In this document: piece after piece, positions 27,013-38,450 of the stretch
How the letters are laid out: each line of letters opens with the position of its first letter
Numbering within the stretch: position 1 is the stretch's first letter
DNA from: Squalus acanthias
Taxonomy: Eukaryota
Direction of reading: 5' to 3'
DNA length: 64,000 nt
NCBI GenBank assembly: GCA_030390025.1
Contig: CM059425.1
Span: forward strand, 166,038,001 to 166,102,000
Program-made: the position numbers and the translations under genes
The notes under the pieces: model-generated
The model's input: the letters and a program-made list of their open reading frames with translations, nothing else
Database searches by the model: none
What the model was told of the DNA's origin: nothing

Positions 27013-27694
27013 ATAACAGAGCTGTACAGAACCAAATCTTTTGAAATCTCAAAATATTTTGGGATGTGCCAATTTTGAGTGAAGATCAGTAAAAGTCTTT
27101 TATTAACTAAAGCTAAAAAAGAATCATGGGTTTTCTTATTGGAAACTGACAGTGAAAATTCACATTGAACACATTTGAAATTGCTAGAAATTAATCTAAA
27201 ATTTTAATTTCAATTGCTAATTTTAAAACAGGCCAAACTGCACTGGGTGGATGGACACAGACCAACATACTTAAACTAGCTAGCAGTTTTGCTACAAATT
27301 GGTAAGGGACCAAGAGAAGTGTCTAATTTGGTTATGGTGCCTGTTGCATACCAAACTGTCGGAGAAATGGGAAGCACTCCCAGTTTGCAAAGGAGCATAT
27401 AAACAGAATGAATCACTCATTTTTCATGTTCAGCATTACGCTAATACATTGTCTACTTTTACCTACGTTAAAGATGGCGGGGGTGTTTCAGAAATGTTTT
27501 AAAGAACCTTCTTTTGCCTCCAATGCATTCACAAACGTACAAGCACTTTAAATAAATACAATAAAACTGTGCATCAACACTTCCCTCAACATGTTCTGAT
27601 TTCTTAGTTATCCATTCAAATGCAGATCACATATATACAATTATAAATTAAATTTGGGACGTGGGGCACTTGCTTCAACAAAAACTCTTTTTTT

Positions 27695-27972
27695 AAATTT
27701 GTTCTTGGGATGTGCTTAACGCCAGCAAGGCAGCATTTATTGTTCATCCCTAGTCATCGTGAGGACAGTAAGAGTCGACTACAGTGTGGGACTCGGGTCA
27801 CATGTAGGCCAGACCAGGTAGAGATGAACCAGCTGGGTTCATAGGATAATTCAGCAGCTTTCATGGTAATTTTTTTTATCAGGTGCCAGATTTACTGAAT
27901 TTAAATTCCCAACTTGCCATGGTGGGAGCTCTCGGCTGTTAGTCCAGTATTATAACCACTAGACCACCATAC
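27695..27972 (-). mobile_element. tRNA-derived SINE with a family A 3' tail
   Basis: A-box-like TGGTCTAGTGG at the 5' end; core cctggtctggcctacatgtgac; tail gggatgaacaataaatgctgccttgctggcg. Confidence 0.75.
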
Positions 27973-28557
27973 TCCTGATACTGCTGTAGTTGGAGTTGCA
28001 ATGGGTATTTTTAATGTTAAAGACTGTGACACACAATAGCTGCTATTTTCTAGTGAGTCATCTCAAGACTGCGCAATCTGGCCACCACCCCTCAAAATAC
28101 TTTGAAAAAATTTTCAGCTGCCATTTACCAAATTAAAGACAAACAAAATAGAAAGTTTGAAAATTACATATTTCACAACATGATTAAATTTATTCAGTAA
28201 ATTATATTTGTATCTTTTAACACCTTCATTGAAGTTTTTCCATTTGAAAGCCTTAAGCTCTCCTAAAAACCTGGGCTGGCAGTTGATATTTTTGCCCAGA
28301 GCCATGACTCTGAGCTGAATTTGAAGTGTACAGTTTGGTGGGAGGAAGAGAGAACAGGCTGGATAAGGAAAGGGGGGGGGGGGGGGGGGGGAAAGAGGAG
28401 GGAGAGGAAGATGGGAGAGGGCAAGGAGAGGGGAATGGGAGGTAACCGGGTGGGCATCCATCCTGGTATAAGTGAGTGGGAGAGGGAAGTGGAGCGAGAG
28501 TCAAGGGTAGAACTTAAAGGGAAGGGAGAATAGAGGTTGAACAGGTAGTTTATAGGG

Positions 28558-28962
28558 TAAGAAACAGAAGATAGGAGCAGGAGTAGGCCACTCGGCTCCT
28601 TGAGCCTGCTCCGCCATTCAATGCGATCATGGCTGATCATCCAAATTCAGTACCCTGTCCCTGCTTTCTCCCCATATCCCTTGGTCCCTTTAGCCTTAAG
28701 AAATAATCTAACTCCTTCTTGAATATATTTAATGAATTGGCCTCAACTGCCTTCTGTGGTAGAGAATTCCACAGGTTCACCACTCTCTGGGTGAAGAAAT
28801 TCCTCCTCATCTCAGTCCCAAATGGCCTACCCCTTATCCTTAGACTGTGACCTCTGGTTCTGGACTCCCCCGCCATCGGGAACAGCCTTCCTGCATCTAG
28901 TCCTGTTAGAATTTTATAAGTTTCAATGAGATCCCCTCTCATTCTTCTAAACTCTAGCGAAT
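28558..28962 (-). mobile_element. CR1 LINE 3' end (family C)
   Basis: SLEFRRMRGDLIETYKILTG...RRNFFTQRVVNLWNSLP; tail ggcctactcctgctcct. Confidence 0.92.
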
Positions 28963-29286
28963 ATAAGAGGTTGGGGTAGTAGTGTGAGTGAAGGGATGGT
29001 AGGAATGGTAATGGATAGTGGGTAGGTGGAGTGAGGGGGGGGGAAATGCACAAATGATTGGAGCAGGGATAAAATGAGAGCGGCTGAAGGCCATATTCTT
29101 TGCACAACCCCCACCCCAGTGGTTGGTGGCTCCTTTCCCCACCATACCACTCATCACCTCCTATCCAAAAGGAAAGGAGGGAGGAGGGAGAAGAGAGAAG
29201 TGGAGGAGGGAGAAGAGAAGCAAAAAGCAATAGAGAGTAGAAAGAGATACAGAAGTAGAAGAGACACAAAAACAGCAATCTTGCAT

Positions 29287-29892
29287 AGAATATAAGAGCA
29301 GGGAGGTTATGCTAGAACTGTATAAAACACTAGTTAGGCCATAGCTGGAGTACTGCGTACAGTTCTGGTCACCATATTACAGAAAAGATGTGATTGCACT
29401 AGAGGGGGTGCAGAGGAGATTTACGAGGACATTGCTTGGGCTGGGGAATTTTAGCTATGAGGAAAGATTGGATATGCTGGGTTTGTTTTCTTTGGAACAA
29501 AGGAGGCTGAGGGAGACTTAATTGAGGTGTTTAAAATTACGAGGGGCCTAGATAGAGTGGATAGGAAGGACCTATTTTCCTGAGCAGAGGGGTCAATTAC
29601 CAGGGGGTATAGATTTAAATTAATTGGTAGAAGGATTAGAGGAGAGTGGAGGAGAAATGTTTTCACCCAGAGGTTGGTGGGGATCTGGAACTCGCTGCCT
29701 GAAAGGGTGGTAGAGGGAGAAACCCTCATCGCATTAAAAAAGTACTTGGATATGCACTTGAAATGCCGTAACCTACAGGGCTGCAGACCAAGAGCTGGAA
29801 AGTGGGATTAGGCTGGATAGCTGTTTTTTGGCCGGCACAGACACGATGGGTCAAATGGCCTCCTTCTGTGCTGTAAATTTCTATGATTCTAT
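29287..29892 (+). mobile_element. CR1/HER1-type LINE 3' end (family B), young
   Basis: Closely similar to the reverse complement of about 12712-13325; tail ttctatgattctat. Confidence 0.92.
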
Positions 29893-31390
29893 ATAATGAC
29901 ATACAAGACAGAGTGGCCACATTCTACCATGTGCAATGCCACAGGAAATCGACTAGTATTAAATTTGATATGTAGGATGCGCGCTATCATAAACAGCCAC
30001 GTGTAGCTTCATCCCAAGGATAAAAAGTATTATAGTGCTTGGATTACCAATTATGTCTATAGGTGACACTGTGATAGGAGCTTTAAATGCTAAGGATGGC
30101 ACAGATTCGCCCATTCTGTCGTCCCATACAGTATGGGACACCAAATTTATATGGTAAAAATACATGTAACTATTTATCTTAATTTCTTAGTGGTTTCTAT
30201 TAAGTGATTTTTAAATTGTTATGTTTTTATATGCTTTTTCCCCTTCTAGACCTCCTGATCCTGTTTGTTACTAACACTTGCCTCTGGATACCCATAATGC
30301 ATAGTAGCCCATTATTTGTAAATATTAAAGCTGTTTCAGGTAACCTTTGGTCTTTCCTCCTCTGCTCTCCACATAGTCTCTGCCTATTTTTTTGAATAAA
30401 GAAATCTTATTTTTAAAAGTGGAGTTTCTTCAACTTCAAGCCATCCTGCTTGACCTACGATGATGTATGTTCTTCTCGTGCCCATAGGTGATTAGTAAAC
30501 TCTCTCAATTACATTTAAAAAATACAAATTTCCTCAACAATTTAAAACAAAGAATGCTTCCAACAAATTTTCCGTGAGGTTATAAAAGGCCTGATATTAA
30601 TGTAGTGCTTTATTTCTTCCCTCTCTCCTCCATTTCCCCCGTGGGCCCATTATTTTCTTGACCTGAATCCTGCACTTGGCCTCACCTTATGTGCCATACC
30701 ATGGGAAATCAACTACAGTAGCACTTGTATACCTAAATAAATCTATAGAAATAGTAGCACTATCAAAATCATCTTTACATAGAACTATCTTGGCAGAGAC
30801 GGTCTTGACAGATTGCCGACTCAATCTTTCTAGCGTTGGTTGAGTGCTTTTTGTTTTAAACTTTGATTTAGTGGCATACTTCTTTATTGTAATGCATTAC
30901 TGAATGGGCCAAGCTCTCTCCAAACTCAACCTCAAAGGTCCAAAGCTTCAAGTGCCGTAATTCTCCAAACTCTGACTGATGGACAAAGCACGCAAAAGTT
31001 AATCGCATCCCATTGTGGTAATAATAGCTCAGTGGAGGTAACATATACAGTGCAACATCCCAAAATTCTGCTTTTGTGAACTGGTACAAAAGCAGAATTT
31101 ACCAGAGCCCAAAATTGAAGTTTCAGGACTGTGAGTTGCTAGATGGCACTAATCCACAGCCAAAACCACTAGTCTGACCATATTAATGCCCTTTTATCAG
31201 CAGTGGACACACCGGCATAAGTAGCCTCCAAAAAGTGCATGCGCAATGTGGTGAAAATGGCAATTTCAGAACACATTAGTTCTACTACTTCAGTGACACC
31301 TTTCAACACTGACGTAAAGTGTTTCACACTTGTACCAAAAAGTAAGTGTTCCTGGTGAAGCCTTGATCTTAAGACGAATTGTCAAAGAGT

Positions 31391-31935
31391 AGAACATAAG
31401 AAATAGAAGCAGGAGTTGGTCATACGGCCCTTCAAGCCTGATCCGCATTCCATAAGATCATGGCTGATCTTCTACATCAACACCACTTTCCCACCATATC
31501 CCTGGATTCCCTTAGTGCCCAAAAATCTATCGATCTCAGTCTTGATAATATTCAACGACTGAGCCGCCACAGTCCTTTGGGGTAGAAAATTCCAAAGATT
31601 CACAACCCGCTGAGTGAAGAAATTTCTCCTCATCTCAGTCCTAAATGGCCGACCCCTTATCCTGAAACTATGACCAATATTTCCTCTAATTTTATTTTTG
31701 GCCATTTGGCCCCTTCAAAAATGCGTGCATGCGCGTTTTTTTGCATTTAAAAGCCGGTGAGCCGCCTGCGTGGGAGCCCCAGAGCGCCGCACGGAAGCTC
31801 ACGAGGCTGCGCAGCTTAAAAGGAATGTTGACTATGACCCCTAGTTCTAGACTCTCCCAAGCCCTCTAAGAATTTTATACGTTTTAATGAAATCACCTCT
31901 CATTCTTCAAAACTCCAGAGAATATAGGCCCGTTC
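31391..31935 (-). mobile_element. CR1 LINE 3' end (family C), interrupted by a MITE
   Basis: ORF 31472-31705 (RIRGRPFRTEMRRNFFTQRVVNLWN); homology resumes after 31838. Confidence 0.88.
31675..31830. mobile_element. hAT-like MITE, 156 bp, with an 8-bp target-site duplication
   Basis: Exact TSD ACTATGAC at 31667-31674 and 31831-31838; imperfect TIRs caatatttcctctaa / ttaaaaggaatgttg. Confidence 0.85.
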
Positions 31936-32067
31936 CACTCAAGTGGAGGCTTGGCATTTCCCCACTGGGTGAGGAATCGGGAATGTCCCCTAAGAACCAA
32001 TTTAAGAGCATCATTTGTTTAAATCCAGCCCAAACTAACAGATGGAACTGTCGCTCGCTGAAGAATA

Positions 32068-32625
32068 AATAGAATACAAAAGCAAGGAGCTAATTAGGAA
32101 CTTGTGGAAGATCTTACTTAGGTTGCAGTTGGAGGATTGTGTACAGTTTTGGAAGGATATAAAAGCAATATTAAAGGTATTTCACTAGAATATTACCACA
32201 GATGAGGGTTACAGTTATGAAAACTGCCTTGAGGGGTATGGGGATTTTTAGTGGAGCCAAGAAAGGTAAGGGGGGGGGCCCGATGGAGGTTTTCAGGATT
32301 ATGAAGGATTAAATAAATAGTGAAAGGTTGTTTCCATTGTTAAAAGTAGTAACAAGAGAGCACAAATTTAAGATAATTACAAAATGGACTAGGAGGAGGT
32401 TATAAAACGTTTCTTTATACAGATGATAGTTAAAATGTGGAGTTTTCTGCCACAACTGTTTTTGAAGCAGAATCCATAAATATTTTAAAACAGAAAATAA
32501 ATAGTTGTTTTATTCAAAGGTTATGGTGATTGAACAGGAGTGGGATTAGACTAGATGGTTCATGTGGGAAAAAACACCAGCAGAAACTTGATGGGTGAAA
32601 TGGGCTGTTCTATATAATATTCTAT
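32068..32625 (+). mobile_element. Old decayed CR1 3' region
   Basis: atagaatacaaaagcaaggag...ttggaggattgtgtacagttttgg similarity to CR1 3' ends. Confidence 0.6.
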
Positions 32626-34134
32626 AATGCTATACTGAGATCTCCATGATCAACATCCCTTAAGCTCAAACTACACAAGGATTCACCTGTAAAATTACAG
32701 TTTTCAAATAGTGACATAGGCAGAAACCTGAAGGAGGGCATTTGCCTGACACCAGAGGTAATATGCTAGAGAATGATATATGGTCACGGGCAATCTAATG
32801 CGGGACAGATAAAGCTAACTAAAACTCTGGGCTTCTAATAATCTCACTAATCTTCCCTCACTAGTAGGAACCATGATATCAAGAGCTATGATATTCAAAA
32901 GCAAAACATTAGAGAAGAGGAATCTAATCAGGAGGGAAAGAATTAATACAAGCTGGTTTGAATTTGAGATTGTTCCCCACAGTAATTAAGCTGGTAAATA
33001 ATAGTAATATAAACAAAGTTTCCACAATGCAATTTTTAAGCAAATCCACCAAGGGCAAGTCATTTACAGTTTGGTTCAAATCTAATTAAGTCACAAAACA
33101 TCAATCACGGGCACGTAAAAATATGTACTCAGTTTTCAGCCTGCACAATGCTGAAGGGAACCAAGTGGTGAGAAACCATTTGTCAGATTAGGTGACAATT
33201 CAACATTAAGATATTCTGGTGCCACATTAGTTTAAGTACAGAACATTCACAGTGACTGAATGAATGGCTCCAAGCATGCAAATCTGATATGCGTTGGAAG
33301 ATATTGAGGTAACATCTTGTTAATTAGATACGAGAGGGGGGAGGGGGGGAGAGAGAGAGACGGGGAGCAAGACGGAAAACATAGTGCCCGATGACAAAAG
33401 ACACTTTTAAAGTTTGTTTAAAATCTGCTGGAACATTTGTGTTATATGGACAGATTAAACAATAAAAATATTCTTTCAAACACAACAGCATACCAATGTG
33501 TAACTGACAGAATCTCTAATCCCGATGATATTCCTCCTCTTAGCCTCAAGATGTGCAACCTACAGTTGATTACCAGAAGGTATCACTTGATAAAACTTGC
33601 AGTGAATGTCAGCAATTGTATGACTGTCGTCACACATTAACTGCATGAAGTTTCTAGGCCAGAGTCTGTCATTACCACAAATTAAAACTAGTCTTGAGGT
33701 TCACAATATGTAAAAGAATAAAGGAGATTGGTTTTAGGATAGTAAACTCATCCAGACACTCAGGTATTGCTATGCATTTCTTAATCTTTGTCATCTTTAG
33801 CACTGGTCTCAATACTACCTCAATTATATATTTGCTTTAATCATTTGTATACATGACCATCCCCCACCCCCCATATTAAATTCACAACAGTATTGTTTAT
33901 CTTTAAACCCTGCTATCTTTACTCACCCAGGGCACACATTAGTCCCAATTTTAGATTCACGTGTATTATTTTTCTGTAAAATCTTTTCTTTCTGCCAGTT
34001 AACTTCCTCTTGCAGCCCCAAAATCAAGATATTTTAGTCATAGAGTATACTCAGTCATAGAGTATAAAACACATCGCTTGTGCTCCATCCACCAAAATGA
34101 TTCTCATCTGCTACTATGTGAAAAGAATAAACAA

Positions 34135-34350
34135 ACTTGCACTTGTACAGTACCTCATCACATTCCTTAGTATGTCCCAAAGTGCTTCACATCTAATTTG
34201 TTACTTTTTAAAAAAAGACTGTGGTCACCTGTTGTTTTGTAGGCAATCACAGCAGCCAATTTGCATGCAGCCAAGTCCCACAAGCAGCGAGAGAGATAAA
34301 TGGTCAGTTAACCTGCTCGGTGATGTTAGTTGAAGGAGGAATGTTGACCT
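34135..34350 (-). mobile_element. Deu-domain SINE fragment
   Basis: Core and tail homologous to 26648-26830. Confidence 0.6.
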
Positions 34351-34849
34351 TTAATTTCCTGAACAATATTAGTTAGTTTCTACATATTGTTAAGGTGCAC
34401 ATACTCTTTTTAAATGTATATTTGGTGCTCGCTCCTATGTTACAAAACTGCCCGTCTTGACAGATTTTGATCTTTATATACAGGATGTGACATCAATGTT
34501 TTAACAGCAAAGGTTAAATAGATATGAACCCTTCTGATCAACTTATAGCAACAGATTATGTTTAAAAAATTAGTGCAAAAGCAACAACTATTAAAGTATT
34601 TACTAGTTTCCAAATTAAATCATGTGCTCACTCAAATAGGAATGGCTTACTACTTATGTTACATCAACTTGACACTATTGCAGCACAACTGATTTAGCAA
34701 GATAAGCTGCCACAAAATTAACTGGCTTTATCAAAATTGACAAAATTAAAATGGCTGTCTTCAGTAACCCAATGAAAACACTAAGCACAAAGCACAAACT
34801 TACTGCACAAAGCCGATCAAGGGGCTGGGCGTAGCGAAGGTGATAATAA

Positions 34850-35300
34850 AGACCTGCATTTATATAGTGCTTTTCAAATCCTCAGAACATTTCAAAGTAC
34901 TTCATAATCAATGAAGTATTACTGAAGTGTAGTCACTGTTATTATGTAGCCAATTTGCGCACAAGGTCCCACAACAACAAATGAGATAAATGATCAGTTA
35001 ATCTGTTTTTGGTGGCGTTGATTGAGAGATACAGGTTGGACACCAGGACATCTGTATGAACACCAGAACACTCTGCTCTTCTTCGAATAGTGCCACGGGA
35101 ACTTTTACATCCAACGAAACAGGCACACAGGGCATCAATTTAATGACTCATACGAAAGATGGCACCTCAGACAGTGCCAAGCTCCCTCAGTACTGCACTG
35201 AAATGTCAGTCCAAATTATGCACTCAAGTCTACAGTGGGGTTTGAACCCACAACCTTCTGAGTCAGAGGGGTAAGTATTACCACTGAGCAAACTGACACC
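34850..35300 (-). mobile_element. Near full-length Deu-domain tRNA SINE (SacSINE1-like)
   Basis: A box (ttgctcagtggtaa) and B box (gggttcaaaccc) on minus; Deu-like core; tail gcactatataaatgcagg. Confidence 0.78.
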
Positions 35301-35649
35301 AATTGCCTCAAAGGGTGAAGTCTTCTTCTTTCATCTTCAGGCAATGGGTTCCAAACCAGATAAATGAAAGGCTTATCTCTGCTGGCTGCAAGCAAAATGT
35401 ACTGAGGTGACCAGAACATAGTTCACATAGCAAGTTCACATAATTGAATAGGCTGCAAAAAAGGAAATGGACATCTGCTGCAACAAAGTAGTACAATCGT
35501 GTTCTCAAACTGTGGGCTGCGCTGGGAGAGAAAGAGCACCAACAGTTAGCTGGTGAGGAAAAAAGGAATAAATAGGAAAAATTAGCATGGTGGTCCAATC
35601 AGATTACAGGTGAGCAGAATATCCAATGCATTGCTCTATGCAAATAAAG

Positions 35650-37233
35650 TTTGGGGCTGTTTTCTAGTCAGCACGAAGTCTTGGGAGGGCGTGTTAGTTC
35701 TGGTGTGCAAATGTTAGGGGAGTAAAACTGGATTAATTATATGTTTTGTTTATCTGTCCCACCCTTATGCGGTCACTGAGTTTATCACCTGTCTGCTTCC
35801 ACCTCTTCAGCTGCCGAAGTCCACTCTTTTGTACGTCAGCTACAAGCAGCATTGTTAGTGTCAGAGCAGGAGCTGCCAGGCAAAGGACCCTGTGCGCCAT
35901 TTTTGGTCAGAACTGGTCGGAACCGTAGGCCGTGTACTCTCCAACCCGTTTCTCTACCGTTACGCCAGCTAAGTTATTTCTGTTGGGCCAGGGGAGCACT
36001 CCTGCTCCTCCAGGCCCCACAAAAATAATCTGGGGTATTGCCACCCTGGGATCACACCTCTCCACATTCGCAACTCCCCCACCCCCTCAGGACTTATCTT
36101 GCTGCAAGCTGGGTAGCCTCCGGGCCGTCCGATGTTGCACCAGCCCAAATCCAGCGAGTTGCATCGCAATTGGAGCGGGTTCTATTTAAATGAGGCGTAG
36201 GCCTCAAAATGACTTCAGCCTCTTTGTTGCCAGAACAGGCAACACCAGTCAGCTGCCCAAGTTACAATCTATCCCAACATATCTAAACTGATTGAATTAG
36301 CTTTAATAACATTAGAGAGAGAGATTTCTGCACCTTGGAAGTAATTAACTGACACCGTAACATCACTGCATTTCATTCTAGGCATCTGAAGAAGTATTGC
36401 TTCAGTGGTTCATAACTGATACGCAACACAGAGAAGAGAAACCGAAAGAAAGGAGAAGAGCAAGAATGATGCAAGCTCTGCAGGTTTACTGGTACCAGTA
36501 TCTGTAGGTAGTGGGGCACAAAATGCCCAGCCCATAAAAGTTGTGACAACCACGGCATTAATGGATGCACAAAATGGGGAGAGAGAGATGCGCGGTTAAA
36601 TGCGAATATCCAAACGTTGCTGGCCGTGATGCGCCACTCTGCCGTTAGCTTCTCGAAAACAACATTTTGCGGTTTATTTCCTAATTCTTAAATTTCATTG
36701 GTTAAGGAGATATCCTGTTGCTTGCCCTGTTCACTCAGGTCCAGATGTCTCGCTGTGCCGTTATCAGCTGGCACTTACAGCAACATAGTGGATAAAAATG
36801 TTTTGAGCTGAAGAGTGCAGGGGCAAGTCTAACTAACAGCACACAGCGTTAGATGCCCTGCTACAGCAAAATCTGTCCCATCATGTTGCATCGATGAGGC
36901 TACAGCAGACAATGAGGCTGTGCCTCTCAGAGTTGCTTCGCTCCTTGGTACACCTTTAAAAATTCATTTATACTTGAATGGACAAGCCCTAACTTTTTCT
37001 GGAGTGTTTAGTGGGTAAGTAACACAACTTACATGCGTTTGAATGTCAGGTCTCTCGGCGAGATACTGTTATAGCGAAGCTTTTGGAGGAGCGGAGCAAC
37101 TCGGGCAGCAACTTCCTGATTTCTGTGTTTAACTGCGCACGAGCGGCTGTCGAAAGTTGCTGTCCGATTTACGCTTTATTAACGGTGAGTGCTGATAGCC
37201 TCACCATTATTTTTTACTGCAAAATCCTGGCCA
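35650..37233. mobile_element. Two CpG-enriched MITE-like elements (about 35650-36276 and 36510-37233)
   Basis: Local CpG enrichment; ends such as ggggctgtttt...aatctatccc and ...aaaatcctggcc resemble TIR-bounded repeats; boundaries uncertain. Confidence 0.4.
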
Positions 37234-37552
37234 ATGTGTGAAGAGAAAGACCACATAATGGTAAGTAATCTGTAAGTATCCATCGCTATCTCTCCAAATG
37301 TTAAAAATGATGACTGCTTATAAAATATGGGATCGATACAAAACTCAAAAAATAGTTCATTTCCCCAGACAGCAAAACTCAAGATTTACTTATAAATCAG
37401 AGAAGTGAGGAAAAGAACAAGACCAAAATAAAAGTGAACATTTAACAAGGTACCATGATTTCAAATTGGTAATCCAATCCCAGAAATTTAAATGACTGAT
37501 TACCCAATTTACTGGTTTATCCTCATTCTTTGTACAGAAACACTCTACATAC

Positions 37553-37632
37553 CATCCAGATAAATCCAGGTCACCAACAGGAAGAAGTGCATTTAAGAAG
37601 TTTCCAAATACAGATGAAGTTAGATTATTCAT
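37553..37632 (-). CDS. CHD1: Candidate CHD1 first coding segment MNNLTSSVFGNFLNALLPVGDLDLSG(C)
   Basis: ATG at 37632; strong donor ATG|GTATGT at 37552; ends in phase 2 and joins 22935 in frame (TG+C=Cys); resembles the mammalian CHD1 exon-2 5'UTR as recalled (tgttggtgacctggatttat). Confidence 0.6.
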
Positions 37633-37787
37633 CTAAAAAAGTTTCATCATTCTTTCAAAAGAAGCATTGCCCACAAATTAATTTGCTTCCTAAATACAGA
37701 TTCCTCCCTCACTCCTCCTCCTTCTCATTTCTTCTTGTTGCTCCTTCACTGCTCTTTTTTGACTCTTAAGACAGGAATGCTGCTCTA

Positions 37788-38062
37788 CCTATTTTAAGGT
37801 GATTGGCAGAAGATCCAAAGGCGACATGAGGAATAACTTTTTTTATACAACAAGTGGTTATGATCTGGAATGCACTGACTAAAGGGAGGCAGACTCAATC
37901 GTGGCTTTCAAAAGGGAATTAGATAAGTAGCTGAATGAAAAAAAATTGCAGGGCAACGGAGAAAGGGCGGGCAAGTGGGATTAGCTGAAGTATTCTTGCA
38001 GAGAGCTGGCACGGGCTTGACGGGCCGAATGGCCTCCTACTGTGCTGTAACGAGTCTATGAT
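37788..38062 (+). mobile_element. CR1 LINE 3' end
   Basis: tttaaggtgattggc...gatctggaatgcactg...gggccgaatggcctcctactgtgctgtaa. Confidence 0.8.
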
Positions 38063-38174
38063 ACCACATCATCCCATAAAGATCAGAGAGAGATATTGTG
38101 CTAACCATGTAAATGCTTTGAGCAAAATAGTCCCTTTTCAACACATATATATGCTAATTAAATTGGAAAATTGT

Positions 38175-38450
38175 GATTAAAGCCTAGGGTGGGTGCTAAC
38201 AAGACACCGTGATTTATCTACCTCGAGCTCTGCTAATTTACCCAGAACAAATTCCTTTTTTAAAGTTATCTCTAACAATTCTTCCACATCCTCCTCTAGT
38301 ATCCCTGCATTCTCATTTCCACCATCATTAGTGAAAACTGATGCTAAATATTTATTCAATATTTCCACCATACTGTCATCCATCAAAACTAAATGTCCTC
38401 CTTCATCCTTGAGCAGCAGTAGGTTTCTCACAGCCAACAGGGACTTTCAT
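38175..38450 (-). mobile_element. CR1 ORF2 internal fragment
   Basis: EILNKYLASVFT...KLAELEVDKS in ORF 38177-38437. Confidence 0.7.

Noticed and set aside
28330..29280. Purine-rich G/A tracts with apparent ORFs
   Set aside because: Low-complexity sequence flanking a CR1 fragment; the ORFs are compositional artefacts
33921..34030. Strong minus-strand donor CTGG|GTGAGT, and a similar exon-like segment near 36335-36417
   Set aside because: No CHD1-like coding potential or other support; cryptic sites are common in long introns
34036..34066. Short direct duplication agtcatagagtata, and a similar 16-bp repeat pair at 40021-40081
   Set aside because: Two-copy local duplications, not an array; no CRISPR-like repeat-spacer structure was seen in this eukaryotic window
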